From positions 1-64,000 of the forward strand of contig QPMI01000087.1 of NCBI GenBank assembly GCA_004431415.1: a DNA stretch of 64,000 bases, in the 5' to 3' direction. A model generated the notes under the pieces. The model was not told the DNA's origin and did not search any database. It saw nothing but the letters and a program-made list of their open reading frames with translations. How positions within the stretch are numbered: position 1 is the first letter of the stretch; every line of letters starts with the position of its first letter. This DNA comes from Cyanophora paradoxa CCMP329. Taxonomy: Eukaryota > Plantae > Glaucophyta. Below, in pieces: positions 1-11,851 of the stretch. A program made the translations under genes and the position numbers.

Positions 1-623
1 GCGATCGCTAGGCCCTGGTACCGAGTACTCCGGGGAGATCGCTAGCGCGAACCGTCGGACGACGGACGCGGCGCCGGCGATCGCTTGAAAAAGGCCCCGG
101 CCGATCCGAGCCCATGGCCGGCGGGCATAGTGAACATAGTGCCAAAATGTCGCCCCGAAACACGTTTTTTAGCAGGATCGGAAGACAGCGCGCCCAGGCA
201 GGTCCGAGGGGCGGTTCCGGGACGGACCTACTGGCTCAGAGCTGCTTGCGCTGGGCCCGCCGGGCGACGCCATAGTTGAGAGCTCGAGTCCCTGCGCGCC
301 GCCTTACAGCTGCCGAGGATGGGGCGACGGCTGCAGAATTCGAAGATGAGTACCTCGGACAAGCGAAAGCGTGTAGCTAGCGCGCCGCCGGCGCCGCGGG
401 TGAGCCGATGAAGCAAGCGATGTGTACTCCTCGCGTGCGCGGGCGCGGCGAAGACGCCTGCGGGGCGGGCGTGGCGCCGCGGGGCTGAGCACGGCGTGCG
501 CGCGGCAGTGCGCATGCGCAGCGGACGGAATTCGCGCGCTGCATGCATGGCCGGGCGCGCGGAAGTTCCTTTTTTTTCCTATTCTTCCCCCCTGCGCTTC
601 TCCCCCCTGTTCATTCCCCCCCT

Positions 624-647
624 AAGTTAGCCACCGGTGGCTAACTT
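624..647. other. Perfect 24-bp palindrome AAGTTAGCCACCGGTGGCTAACTT (one per tandem unit)
   Basis: Read directly; also at ~4331 and ~8136. Confidence 0.95.
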
Positions 648-1344
648 GCGATCGAAGGGTACAGAGTTCGGCCTCGTGAAATTGATCTCATACAAAACCA
701 ACGATGTCGTAGAACCCTAGACTATAGCTGCATGCGGAATCAGGCTATCTGCAGTCCTACAAAAGCCTTGCACCGCTGCAGTAGCCCTTTTGCCTGCTCT
801 TCGTTCGCGAAGATGTCAGGACGCCCCGCGCGGGGCGCGCGGAACCACTCTGTGGACGTGACCACAAATGGTGCGCATGCTGTCGGATCGCGCAGGTGGT
901 GGCCACTGCACACCACCCGACCCAGCGCGCGCGGGAGAACAGGACCTCCAGGACCCGGTCGACCCAACACTTCGCTTTGAATGTAGACCCGGCGGTCGTG
1001 CGCAGCCCGTTGTTACTTTTGCAAGCGTCTCGACTCGAGCGCACCTAACAGCAATTGAGAGCAGAATCGCAAGATAAGTTGCTGTAAGAAACGCACCGAG
1101 CTCAAGAATTGCAATTGCTTCAAAGCATTGAGCTCGTCCAGGGTCCGATCCCGGCAGTCAGGGGCGGGAGCTCGACGCTGGCGGCCGGCTCGTCGTCGTC
1201 GAAGAGGGGCCGCCTGTGTAGGGCGGCCCAGCCCTGGCGCCCTGTGAACGAAGAAGCAAAGGAGAGAGCCGCTCAGGACTCGGAAAGTAAAGAAGCTCAG
1301 AGGAAAGACGCTCGCCTTGTCGGAGTCCCGCCCCTCCCCCGCAC

Positions 1345-2355
1345 CCCGGAGTCGGGCTTGACGTTGTAGTTCTCGAGGAGGGGGCGGACGGCGCCGGGGT
1401 ACATGAGGACCGCCTGCCGCAGGAGGGCGGCGGCGAGGGCCCGGCAGAGGGCGGGGCGGCGCCGGCGAGGCGGGGTCCAGCGTGTGCGAGAAGAGGCGCC
1501 GGAGGACCTGCCGCGCTTCAGTCTTAGAGGAGATTCGGAGGGGCGCAGGGCACCAGCTCGTCGACGGGCGCGGCGCCGCCGTCCCGCGCCACGCGCATGA
1601 GCGCGTACGCTGCGAGCCGGCTCGGCGCCAGGAAAAAAGGGGGAGAGGCTAAGTGGGGGTACCCGAGGAGTTGAGGGCGATGGGAGGAAGAGGGGCGGCT
1701 CCCGCCTCGAGAGGGGCGGCTCCCGCACGAACGAGGCGGAGCGCCCGGGGAGCGCCGGCGCCGCCACAGCTCCAGAAGGAACTTGTACTCCCTGAAGAAA
1801 AATGAGGTGGGGGGGGGGGAAGTTGGGGGGGGGGGAAGGTTATGGGTACCTGGCGCGGAGGGCGAAGTAGTCGATGCACTGGAGCACCCCCATCAGGTCA
1901 CTGTCGGGGTCCAGCGCAAGCAGCAGCTTGGCCGTCTCTGGAGGTACGACGTTCGGTTCGAAATCCGAGTAGGGGGGAAGCGGTCGAGGGGGTACGAGGA
2001 GGTGCGGGAGCAGCCGCCGCGAATGAGCATCTGCAGGCGCCGGAAGACCAGGCCCTGGGGGTGGCGGGTGAGTTCCGGAGGAGGGTACAGGTTATCCTCG
2101 GGGTACAACGGGTTCTCTGCGCACTTGTTCTCCATGACTGCGAAGTCGAGGCGGCAGGCGCCGCTCGCCGGCTTGAACTGCGGGTGCCTGCCGGGACGGA
2201 GCTCAAAACCAAGTGAACGAACTGCAGCGCAACGCATCCTCCGCCCCGCCGCGCCCGTGCCCGCGCCCCGCCCCGCACCAGGCTGCCTCGAGGCAGTAGA
2301 GGGCGCGGTCGAGGAGCTCGGTCGCCGCGTCCAGCTCGCCGCTGTACTTGTAGAT
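1345..2355 (-). pseudogene. TCF25: Internal multi-exon fragment of a TCF25/RQC1 (DUF654) gene, copy 1
   Basis: Spliced minus-strand exons give ELDAATELLDRALYCLEAAW / HPQFKPASGACRLDFAVMENK / RGGCSRTSL / TAKLLLALDPDSDLMGCLQCIDYFALRAR / EYKFLLEL / ALLRQAVLMYPGAVRPLLE, matching the TCF25 core (RGCxRTALExxKLLLSLxPxxDP...IDxxALRAR). No N- or C-terminal exons recognised in the unit. Confidence 0.85.
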
Positions 2356-2399
2356 CTGAGGCCGGCCGCCGGCTTCAGGCCCCCGGGCCAGCTTCGTGT

Positions 2400-3348
2400 G
2401 CTCGGGGGTTCGTGTGCTCGGGGAGGGGGGCCCGGGGCCCGGGCAGGGCCGGGAGGGGGGGCCAGGGGGAGGGGCGGGCCGGGGCCCGGGCGGGCCGGGG
2501 GAGGGGCGCGCCCGGGGCCCGGGCGGGGCCGGGGGGGAGAGGCGGGGCTGGGGAGAGGGGCGGGCCGGGGGAGGGGCGGGGCCGGGGAGGCGGAAGGCGG
2601 GGGCGGGGCCCTCCGAAGAGGGGCTGGGAGAGGGAAGGAGGTCCACGTCCTCTCTTCCCCCCGAAGAGGGCACTCCGGGGGTAGGGAGGTCCGCCTCCTC
2701 TCTCCGGGGGTCAGCATGCTGCGGGTGCTCGGGGGAGGGGCGGGCCCGGGGCCCGGGGCAGGGCCGGGGGAGGGCGGGCCAGGGGAGGGGCGGGCCCGGG
2801 GCCCGGGCGGGGCCGGGGAGGGGCGCGCCGGGGCCCGGGCGGGCCGGGGGAGGGGCGGGGCCGGGGGGAGAGGCGGGGCTGGGGAGAGGGCGGGCGGGGG
2901 AGGGCGGGCCGGGGGAGGCGAAGGCGGGCGGGGCCCTCCGAGAGGGCTGGGAGAGGGAAGGAGGTCCACGTCCTCTCTTCCCCCCGAAGAGGGCACTCCG
3001 GGGGGTAGGGAGGTCCGCCTCCTCTTCCGGGGGTCAGCATGCTGCGGTGCTGGGAGGGCGGGCCCGGGCCCGGGCAGGGCCGGGGGGAGGGCGGGCCAGG
3101 GAGGGGCGGCCCGGGCCCGGGCGGGCCGGGGGAGGGGCGCCCGGGCCGGGGCGGCCGGGGGAGGGCGGGCCGGGGGGGAGAGGCGGGCTGGGAGAGGGGC
3201 GGGGCGGGGAGGGGCGGGCGGGAGGCGGAAGGGCGGGGGCGGGCCCTCCGAAGAGGGCGGGAGAGGAAGAGGTCCGCTCTCTTCCCCCCGAAGAGGGCAC
3301 TCCGGGGGTAGGGAGGTCCGCCTCCTCTCTCGGGGTCAGCATGCTGCG
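2400..3348 (+). repeat. G-rich minisatellite, 3 x ~320-350 bp (also ~6140-7150 and ~9930-10912)
   Basis: The marker GGAGGTCCACGTCCTCTCTTCCCCC...GGGGTCAGCATGCTGCGG occurs three times per unit (one copy is degenerate), separated by GGGGCGGGGCCGGGGGGA-type tracts. Confidence 0.95.
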
Positions 3349-5053
3349 GAGACGGGCATAAGACACCGAAAACCAGCGATCGCTTGCCAATGAGAAGGCT
3401 GTGACGTCAAGCCCGCGGCGACCGTTAGAACTGAGAACACAGAAGCGATCGCCGGCCCAGCAGCTCTTTGTTAGAGATCGGATCGCTGGGTATGGCGCCG
3501 AACACAAAGCGATCGCCGAGCAATGAGAAGGCTCTATGCGCGGGGCAGAGATGTAGCGATCGCATTGAATAGAGAATCTCTATGCGAGCATGCCCACAGC
3601 GCTACGGGAGGCGGGCACGCACTGCAGGCGTTGGCGTTGCTGGTGCGACGAACTTGAAGCAGCTCCTGCGCAAGCGATCGCCGGTCAGAGAGCCTTCTCA
3701 TCGCTTCGGCGATCGCTAGGCCCTGGTACGAGTACTCCGGGGAGATCGCTAGCGCGAACCGTCGGACGACGGACGCGGCGCCGGCGATCGCTTGAAAAAG
3801 GCCCCGGCCCGATCCGAGCCCATGGCCGGCGGGCATAGTGAACATAGTGCCAAAATGTCGCCCCGAAAACACGTTTTTTAGCAGGATCGGAAGACAGCGC
3901 GCCCAGGCAGGTCCGAGGGCGGTTCCGGGACGGACCTACTGGCTCAGAGCTGCTTGCGCTGGGCCCGCCGGGCGACGCCATAGTTGAGAGCTCGAGTCCC
4001 TGCGCGCCGCCTTACAGCTGCGAGGATGGGGCGACGGCTGCAGAATTCGAAGATGAGTACCTCGGACAAGCGAAAGCGTGTAGCTAGCGCGCCGCCGGCG
4101 CCGCGGGTGAGCCGATGAAGCAAGCGATGTGTACTCCTCGCGTGCGCGGGCGCGGCGAAGACGCCTGCGGGGCGGGCGTGGCGCCGCGGGGCTGAGCACG
4201 GCGTGCGCGCGGCAGTGCGCATGCGCAGCGGACGGAATTCGCGCGCTGCATGCATGGCCGGGCGCGCGGAAGTTCCTTTTTTTTCCTATTCTTCCCCCCT
4301 GCGCTTCTCCCCCCTGTTCATTCCCCCCCTAAGTTAGCCACCGGTGGCTAACTTGCGATCGAAGGGTACAGAGTTCGGCCTCGTGAAATTGATCTCATAC
4401 AAAACCAACGATGTCGTAGAACCCTAGACTATAGCTGCATGCGGAATCAGGCTATCTGCAGTCCTACAAAAGCCTTGCACCGCTGCAGTAGCCCTTTTGC
4501 CTGCTCTTCGTTCGCGAAGATGTCAGGACGCCCCGCGCGGGGCGCGCGGAACCACTCTGTGGACGTGACCACAAATGGTGCGCATGCTGTCGGATCGCGC
4601 AGGTGGTGGCCACTGCACACCACCGACCCCAGCGCGCGCGGGGAGAACAGGACCTCCAGGACCCGGTCGACCCAACACTTCGCTTTGAATGTAGACCCGG
4701 CGGTCGTGCGCAGCCCGTTGTTACTTTTGCAAGCGTCTCGACTCGAGCGCCACCTAACAGCATATTGAGAGCAGAATCGCAAGATAAGTTGCTGTAAGAA
4801 ACGCACCGAGCTCAAGAATTGCAATTGCTTCAAAGCATTGAGCTCGTCCAGGGTCCGATCCCGGCAGTCAGGGGCGGGAGCTCGACGCTGGCGGCCGGCT
4901 CGTCGTCGTCGAAGAGGGGCCGCCTGTGTAGGGCGGCCCAGCCCCTGGCGCCCTGTGAACGAAGAAGCAAAGGAGAGAGCCGCTCAGGACTCGAAAGTAA
5001 AGAAGCTCAGAGGAAAGACGCTCGCCTTGTCGGAGTCCCGCCCCTCCCCGCAC

Positions 5054-6077
5054 CCCGGAGTCGGGCTTGACGTTGTAGTTCTCGAGGAGGGGGCGGACGG
5101 CGCCGGGGTACATGAGGACCGCCTGCCGCAGGAGGGCGGCGGCGAGGGCCGCGGCAGAGGGCGTGGGCGGCGCCGGCGAGGCGGGGTCCAGCGTGTGCGA
5201 GAAGAGGCGCCGGAGGACCTGCCGCGCTTCAGTCTTAGAGGAGATTCGGAGGGGCGCAGGGCACCAGCTCGTCGACGGGCGCGGCGCCGCCGTCCCGCGC
5301 CACGCGCATGAGCGCGTACGCTGCGAGCCCGGCTCGGCGCCAGGAAAAAAGGGGGAGAGGCTAAGTGGGGGTACCCGAGGAGTTGAGGGCGATGGGGAGG
5401 AAGAGGGGCGGCTCCCGCCTCGAGAGGGGCGGCTCCCGCACGAACGAGGCGGAGCGCCCGGGGAGCGCCGGCGCCGCCACCAGCTCCAGAAGGAACTTGT
5501 ACTCCCTGAAGAAAAATGAGGTGGGGGGGGGGGAAGTTGGGGGGGGGGGGGGGAAGGTTATGGGGTACCTGGCGCGGAGGGCGAAGTAGTCGATGCACTG
5601 GAGCACCCCATCAGGTCACTGTCGGGGTCCAGCGCAAGCAGCAGCTTGGCCGTCTCTGGAGGTACGACGTTCGGTTCGAATCCGAGTAGGGGGGAAGCGG
5701 TCGAGGGGGTACCGAGGGAGGTGCGGGAGCAGCCGCCGCGAATGAGCATCTGCAGGCGCCGGAAGACCAGGCCCTGGGGGGTGGCGGGGTGAGTCCGGAG
5801 GAGGGTACAGGTTATCCTCGGGGGTACAACGGGTTCTCTGCGCACTTGTTCTCCATGACTGCGAAGTCGAGGCGGCAGGCGCCGCTCGCCGGCTTGAACT
5901 GCGGGTGCCTGCCGGGGACGGAGCTCAAAACCAAGTGAACGAACTGCAGCGCAACGCATCCTCCGCCCCGCCGCGCCCGTGCCCGCGCCCCGCCCCGCAC
6001 CAGGCTGCCTCGAGGCAGTAGAGGGCGCGGTCGAGGAGCTCGGTCGCCGCGTCCAGCTCGCCGCTGTACTTGTAGAT
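5054..6077 (-). pseudogene. TCF25: TCF25/RQC1 internal fragment, copy 2
   Basis: Same exons as copy 1, in repeat unit 2. Confidence 0.85.
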
Positions 6078-8858
6078 CTGAGGCCGGCCCGCCGGCTTCA
6101 GGCCCCCGGGCCAGGCTTCGTGTGCTCGGGGGTTCGTGTGCTCGGGGGAGGGGCGGGCCCGGGGCCCGGGGCAGGGCCGGGGGGAGGGGCGGGGCCAGGG
6201 GGAGGGGCGGGCCCGGGGCCGGGGCGGGGCCGGGGGGGAGGGGCGCGCCCGGGGCCGGGGCGGGGCCGGGGGGAGAGGCGGGGCTGGGGAGAGGGGCGGG
6301 CCGGGGGGAGGGGCGGGGCCGGGGGGAGGCGGAAGGGCGGGGGCGGGGCCCTCCGAAGAGGGGCTGGGAGAGGGGAAGGAGGTCCACGTCCTCTCTTCCC
6401 CCCGAAGAGGGCACTCCGGGGGTAGGGAGGTCCGCCTCCTCTCTCCGGGGGTCAGCATGCTGCGGGTGCTCGGGGAGGGGCGGGCCCGGGGCCCGGGCAG
6501 GGCCGGGGGGAGGGGCGGGGCCAGGGGGAGGGGCGGCCCGGGGCCCGGGGCGGGGCCGGGGGGAGGGGCGCGCCCGGGGCCCGGGGCGGGGCCGGGGGGA
6601 GGGGCGGGGCCGGGGGGGAGAGGCGGGGCTGGGGAGAGGGGCGGGGCCGGGGGGAGGGGCGGGGCCGGGGGGAGGCGGAAGGGCGGGGGCGGGGCCCTCC
6701 GAAGAGGGGCTGGGAGAGGGGAAGGAGGTCCACGTCCTCTCTTCCCCCCCGAAGAGGGCACTCCGGGGGGTAGGGAGGTCCGCCTCCTCTCTCCGGGGGT
6801 CAGCATGCTGCGGGTGCTCGGGGGAGGGGCGGGCCCGGGGCCCGGGGCAGGGCCGGGGGAGGGCGGGGCCAGGGGAGGGGCGGGCCCGGGCCGGGGCGGG
6901 GCCGGGGGGAGGGGCGCGCCCGGGCCCGGGGCGGGCCGGGGGAGGGGCGGGGCCGGGGGGGAGAGGCGGGGCTGGGGAGAGGGGCGGGGCCGGGGGGAGG
7001 GGCGGGGCCGGGGAGGCGGAAGGGCGGGGGCGGGGCCCTCCGAAGAGGGGCTGGGAGAGGGGAAGGAGGTCCACGTCCTCTCTTCCCCCCGAAGAGGGCA
7101 CTCCGGGGGTAGGGAGGTCCGCCTCCTCTCTCCGGGGGTCAGCATGCTGCGGAGACGGGCATAAGACACCGAAAACCAGCGATCGCTTGGCCAATGAGAA
7201 GGCTGTGACGTCAAGCCCGCGGCGACCGTTAGAACTGAGAACACAGAAGCGATCGCCGGCCCAGCAGCTCTTTGTTAGAGATCGGATCCGCTGGGTATGG
7301 CGCCGAACACAAAGCGATCGCCGAGCAATGAGAAGGCTCTATGCGCGGGGCAGAGATGTAGCGATCGCATTGAATAGAGAATCTCTATGCGAGCATGCCC
7401 ACAGCGCTACGGGAGGCGGGCACGCACTGCAGGCGTTGGCGTTGGCTGGTGCGACGAACTTGAAGCAGCTCCTGCGCAAGCGATCGCCGGTCAGAGAGCC
7501 TTCTCATCGCTTCGGCGATCGCTAGGCCCTGGTACCGAGTACTCCGGGGAGATCGCTAGCGCGAACCGTCGGACGACGGACGCGGCGCCGGCGATCGCTT
7601 GAAAAAGGCCCCGGCCCGATCCGAGCCCATGGCCGGCGGGCATAGTGAACATAGTGCCAAAATGTCGCCCCGAAAACACGTTTTTTAGCAGGATCGGAAG
7701 ACAGCGCGCCCAGGCAGGTCCGAGGGGCGGTTCCGGGACGGACCTACTGGCTCAGAGCTGCTTGCGCTGGGCCCGCCGGGCGACGCCATAGTTGAGAGCT
7801 CGAGTCCCTGCGCGCCGCCTTACAGCTGCCGAGGATGGGGCGACGGCTGCAGAATTCGAAGATGAGTACCTCGGACAAGCGAAAGCGTGTAGCTAGCGCG
7901 CCGCCGGCGCCGCGGGTGAGCCGATGAAGCAAGCGATGTGTACTCCTCGCGTGCGCGGGCGCGGCGAAGACGCCTGCGGGGCGGGCGTGGCGCCGCGGGC
8001 TGAGCACGGCGTGCGCGCGGCAGTGCGCATGCGCAGCGGACGGAATTCGCGCGCTGCATGCATGGCCGGGCGCGCGGAAGTTCCTTTTTTTTCCTATTCT
8101 TCCCCCTGCGCTTCTCCCCCTGTTCATTCCCCCCTAAGTTAGCCACCGGTGGCTAACTTGCGATCGAAGGGTACAGAGTTCGGCCTCGTGAAATTGATCT
8201 CATACAAAACCAACGATGTCGTAGAACCCTAGACTATAGCTGCATGCGGAATCAGGCTATCTGCAGTCCTACAAAAGCCTTGCACCGCTGCAGTAGCCCT
8301 TTTGCCTGCTCTTCGTTCGCGAAGATGTCAGGACGCCCCGCGCGGGGCGCGCGGAACCACTCTGTGGACGTGACCACAAATGGTGCGCATGCTGTCGGAT
8401 CGCGCAGGTGGTGGCCACTGCACACCACCCGACCCCAGCGCGCGCGGGAGAACAGGACCTCCAGGACCCGGTCGACCCAACACTTCGCTTTGAATGTAGA
8501 CCCGGCGGTCGTGCGCAGCCCGTTGTTACTTTTGCAAGCGTCTCGACTCGAGCGCCACCTAACAGCATATTGAGAGCAGAATCGCAAGATAAGTTGCTGT
8601 AAGAAACGCACCGAGCTCAAGAATTGCAATTGCTTCAAAGCATTGAGCTCGTCCAGGGTCCGATCCCGGCAGTCAGGGGCGGGAGCTCGACGCTGGCGGC
8701 CGGCTCGTCGTCGTCGAAGAGGGGCCGCCTGTGTAGGGCGGCCCAGCCCTGGCGCCCTGTGAACGAAGAAGCAAAGGAGAGAGCCGCTCAGGACTCGGAA
8801 AGTAAAGAAGCTCAGAGGAAAGACGCTCGCCTTGTCGGAGTCCCGCCCCTCCCCGCAC

Positions 8859-9874
8859 CCCGGAGTCGGGCTTGACGTTGTAGTTCTCGAGGAGGGGCGG
8901 ACGGCGCCGGGGTACATGAGGACCGCCTGCCGCAGGAGGGCGGCGGCGAGGGCCGCGGCAGAGGGCGTGGGCGGCGCCGGCGAGGCGGGGTCCAGCGTGT
9001 GCGAGAAGAGGCGCCGGAGGACCTGCCGCGCTTCAGTCTTAGAGGAGATTCGAGGGGCGCAGGGCACCAGCTCGTCGACGGGCGCGGCGCCGCCGTCCCG
9101 CGCCACGCGCATGAGCGCGTACGCTGCGAGCCCGGCTCGGCGCCAGGAAAAAAGGGGGGAGAGGCTAAGTGGGGGTACCCGAGGAGTTGAGGGCGATGGG
9201 GAGGAAGAGGGGCGGCTCCCGCCTCGAGAGGGCGGCTCCCGCACGAACGAGGCGGAGCGCCCGGGAGCGCCGGCGCCGCCACCAGCTCCAGAAGGAACTT
9301 GTACTCCCTGAAGAAAAATGAGGTGGGGGGGGGGAAGTTGGGGGGGGGGGGGGAAGGTTATGGGGTACCTGGCGCGGAGGGCGAAGTAGTCGATGCACTG
9401 GAGCACCCCATCAGGTCACTGTCGGGGTCCAGCGCAAGCAGCAGCTTGGCCGTCTCTGGAGGTACGACGTTCGGTTCGAATCCGAGTAGGGGGGAAGCGG
9501 TCGAGGGGTACCGAGGGAGGTGCGGGAGCAGCCGCCGCGAATGAGCATCTGCAGGCGCCGGAAGACCAGGCCCTGGGGGGTGGCGGGGTGAGTCCGGAGG
9601 AGGGTACAGGTTATCCTCGGGGTACAACGGGTTCTCTGCGCACTTGTTCTCCATGACTGCGAAGTCGAGCGGCAGGCGCCGCTCGCCGGCTTGAACTGCG
9701 GGTGCCTGCCGGGGACGGAGCTCAAAACCAAGTGAACGAACTGCAGCGCAACGCATCCTCCGCCCCGCCGCGCCCGTGCCCGCGCCCCGCCCCGCACCAG
9801 GCTGCCTCGAGGCAGTAGAGGGCGCGGTCGAGGAGCTCGGTCGCCGCGTCCAGCTCGCCGCTGTACTTGTAGAT
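8859..9874 (-). pseudogene. TCF25: TCF25/RQC1 internal fragment, copy 3
   Basis: Same exons as copy 1, in repeat unit 3. Confidence 0.85.
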
Positions 9875-11105
9875 CTGAGGCCGGCCCGCCGGCTTCAGGC
9901 CCCGGGCCAGGCTTCGTGTGCTCGGGGTTCGTGTGCTCGGGGAGGGGCGGGCCCGGGGCCCGGGGCAGGGCCGGGGGAGGGGCGGGCCAGGGGGAGGGCG
10001 GGCCCGGGCCCGGGGCGGGGCCGGGGGAGGGGCGCGCCCGGGGCCCGGGCGGGCCGGGGGGAGAGGCGGGGCTGGGGAGAGGGGCGGGGCCGGGGGAGGG
10101 GCGGGCCGGGGGGAGGCGGAAGGGCGGGGGCGGGCCCTCCGAAGAGGGGCTGGGAGAGGGAAGGAGGTCCACGTCCTCTCTTCCCCCCGAAGAGGGCACT
10201 CCGGGGGTAGGGAGGTCCGCCTCCTCTCTCCGGGGGTCAGCATGCTGCGGGTGCTCGGGGGAGGGGCGGGCCCGGGCCCGGGGCAGGGCCGGGGGAGGGC
10301 GGGGCCAGGGGGAGGGGCGGGCCCGGGGCCGGGGCGGGGCCGGGGGAGGGGCGCGCCCGGGCCCGGGCGGGGCCGGGGGAGGGGCGGGGCCGGGGGGAGA
10401 GGCGGGGCTGGGGAGAGGGCGGGGCCGGGGGAGGGGCGGGGCCGGGGGAGGCGGAAGGGCGGGGCGGGGCCCTCCGAAGAGGGGCTGGGAGAGGGGAAGG
10501 AGGTCCACGTCCTCTCTTCCCCCGAAGAGGGCACTCCGGGGGGTAGGGAGGTCCGCCTCCTCTCTCCGGGGGTCAGCATGCTGCGGGTGCTCGGGGAGGG
10601 GCGGGCCCGGGGCCGGGGCAGGGCCGGGGGAGGGGCGGGGCCAGGGGAGGGGCGGGCCGGGCCCGGGGCGGGCCGGGGGAGGGGCGCGCCCGGGCCCGGG
10701 CGGGCCGGGGAGGGGCGGGGCCGGGGGGAGAGGCGGGGCTGGGAGAGGGGCGGGCCGGGGGAGGGGCGGGCCGGGGGAGGCGGAAGGGCGGGGGCGGGGC
10801 CCTCCGAAGAGGGGCTGGGAGAGGGAAGGAGGTCCACGTCCTCTCTTCCCCCCGAAGAGGGCACTCCGGGGGGTAGGGAGGTCCGCCTCCTCTCTCCGGG
10901 GTCAGCATGCTGCGGAGACGGGCATAAGACACCGAAAACCAGCGATCGCTTGGCCAATGAGAAGGCTGTGGACGTCAAGCCCGCGGCGACCGTTAGAACT
11001 GAGAACACAGAAGCGATCGCCGGCCCAGCAGCTCTTTGTTAGAGATCGGATCCGCTGGGTATGGCGCCGAACACAAAGCGATCGCCGAGCAATGAGAAGG
11101 CTCTA

Positions 11106-11410
11106 TGCGCGGGGCAGAGATGTAGCGATCGCATTGAATAGAGAATCTCTATGCGAGCATGCCCACAGCGCTACGGGAGGCGGGCACGCACTGCAGGCGT
11201 TGGCGTTGGCTGGTGCGACGAACTTGAAGCAGCTCCTGCGCAAGCGATCGCCGGTCAGATGCGCGGGGCAGAGATGTAGCGATCGCATTGAATAGAGAAT
11301 CTCTATGCGAGCATGCCCACAGCGCTACGGGAGGCGGGCACGCACTGCAGGCGTTGGCGTTGGCTGGTGCGACGAACTTGAAGCAGCTCCTGCGCAAGCG
11401 ATCGCCGGTC
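11106..11410. repeat. ~152-bp local tandem duplication ending the array
   Basis: TGCGCGGGGCAGAGATGTAGCGATC...GCAAGCGATCGCCGGTC occurs twice in succession, followed by unique DNA. Confidence 0.95.
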
Positions 11411-11851
11411 CTCGATTTTGATCCGTGTGTTCGGCTCATGATCAAGGCCGCCGGGCGCCTCAGACGAACACCACACTTACCGAGCCACCGCGATCGGCCA
11501 CATCGCGATCGCCCGGCTCTGCGGCCCGGCCACATCAACAACAGGAAAGATCCGCGCAAAGACGCGCAGCAGCAAGCCTCCCTCGTCGCTCAGCAGGTGC
11601 AGGCCGCGCAGCAGCAGCAGCAGACGCCATCGATCGATCGATCGCAGCACGCAGCGCCCAACTTGCTGGCAAAGGTTCCCGCGACCCGCGTGCGAACAGC
11701 GCGCACGCCTGAGCGTACGCGTGACAGAACCGTTGAACCGAGCGTTTCCTAGGCGCCATCGCCCCCCGCGGCCGCCGCGCCAACGCGTTAGCCCCGCTCG
11801 AGGATCCGGACGTTCGACCGGACGCACCGGTACCGGCACCAGGCCGCCAGG

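Larger units (their letters stand above)
1..11258. repeat. Head-to-tail tandem array of three ~3.7-3.8 kb units (1-3708, 3709-7514, 7515-~11258); may extend left of the window
   Basis: GCGATCGCTAGGCCCTGGTAC recurs at 1, 3709 and 7515; the units are colinear and differ mostly by homopolymer-length indels. Confidence 0.97.

Noticed and set aside
624-725. Helitron 3' end
   Set aside because: The palindrome is not followed by CTRR at the expected ~10-nt distance on either strand.
730-1320. Possible transposase or further TCF25 exons (minus strand, ...YAVRWRSS...)
   Set aside because: No convincing catalytic or family motif; left unassigned.
2400-3348. CRISPR-like repeat-spacer pattern
   Set aside because: The spacers are copies of each other, the repeats are too long, no cas genes are present and the context is eukaryotic.
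3370-3800. Cyanobacterial or plastid-derived insertion inferred from HIP1 sites
   Set aside because: No cyanobacterial-like gene is present, and CGATCG-type palindromes are common across this window.
1-11258. rDNA, 5S or snRNA tandem array
   Set aside because: No recognisable rRNA, snRNA or tRNA sequence in the unit.
1783-11295. Long Gly/Arg/Pro-rich ORFs (300-540 aa) on both strands
   Set aside because: They are stop-free reads through a G/C minisatellite, and their frames are not conserved between copies.
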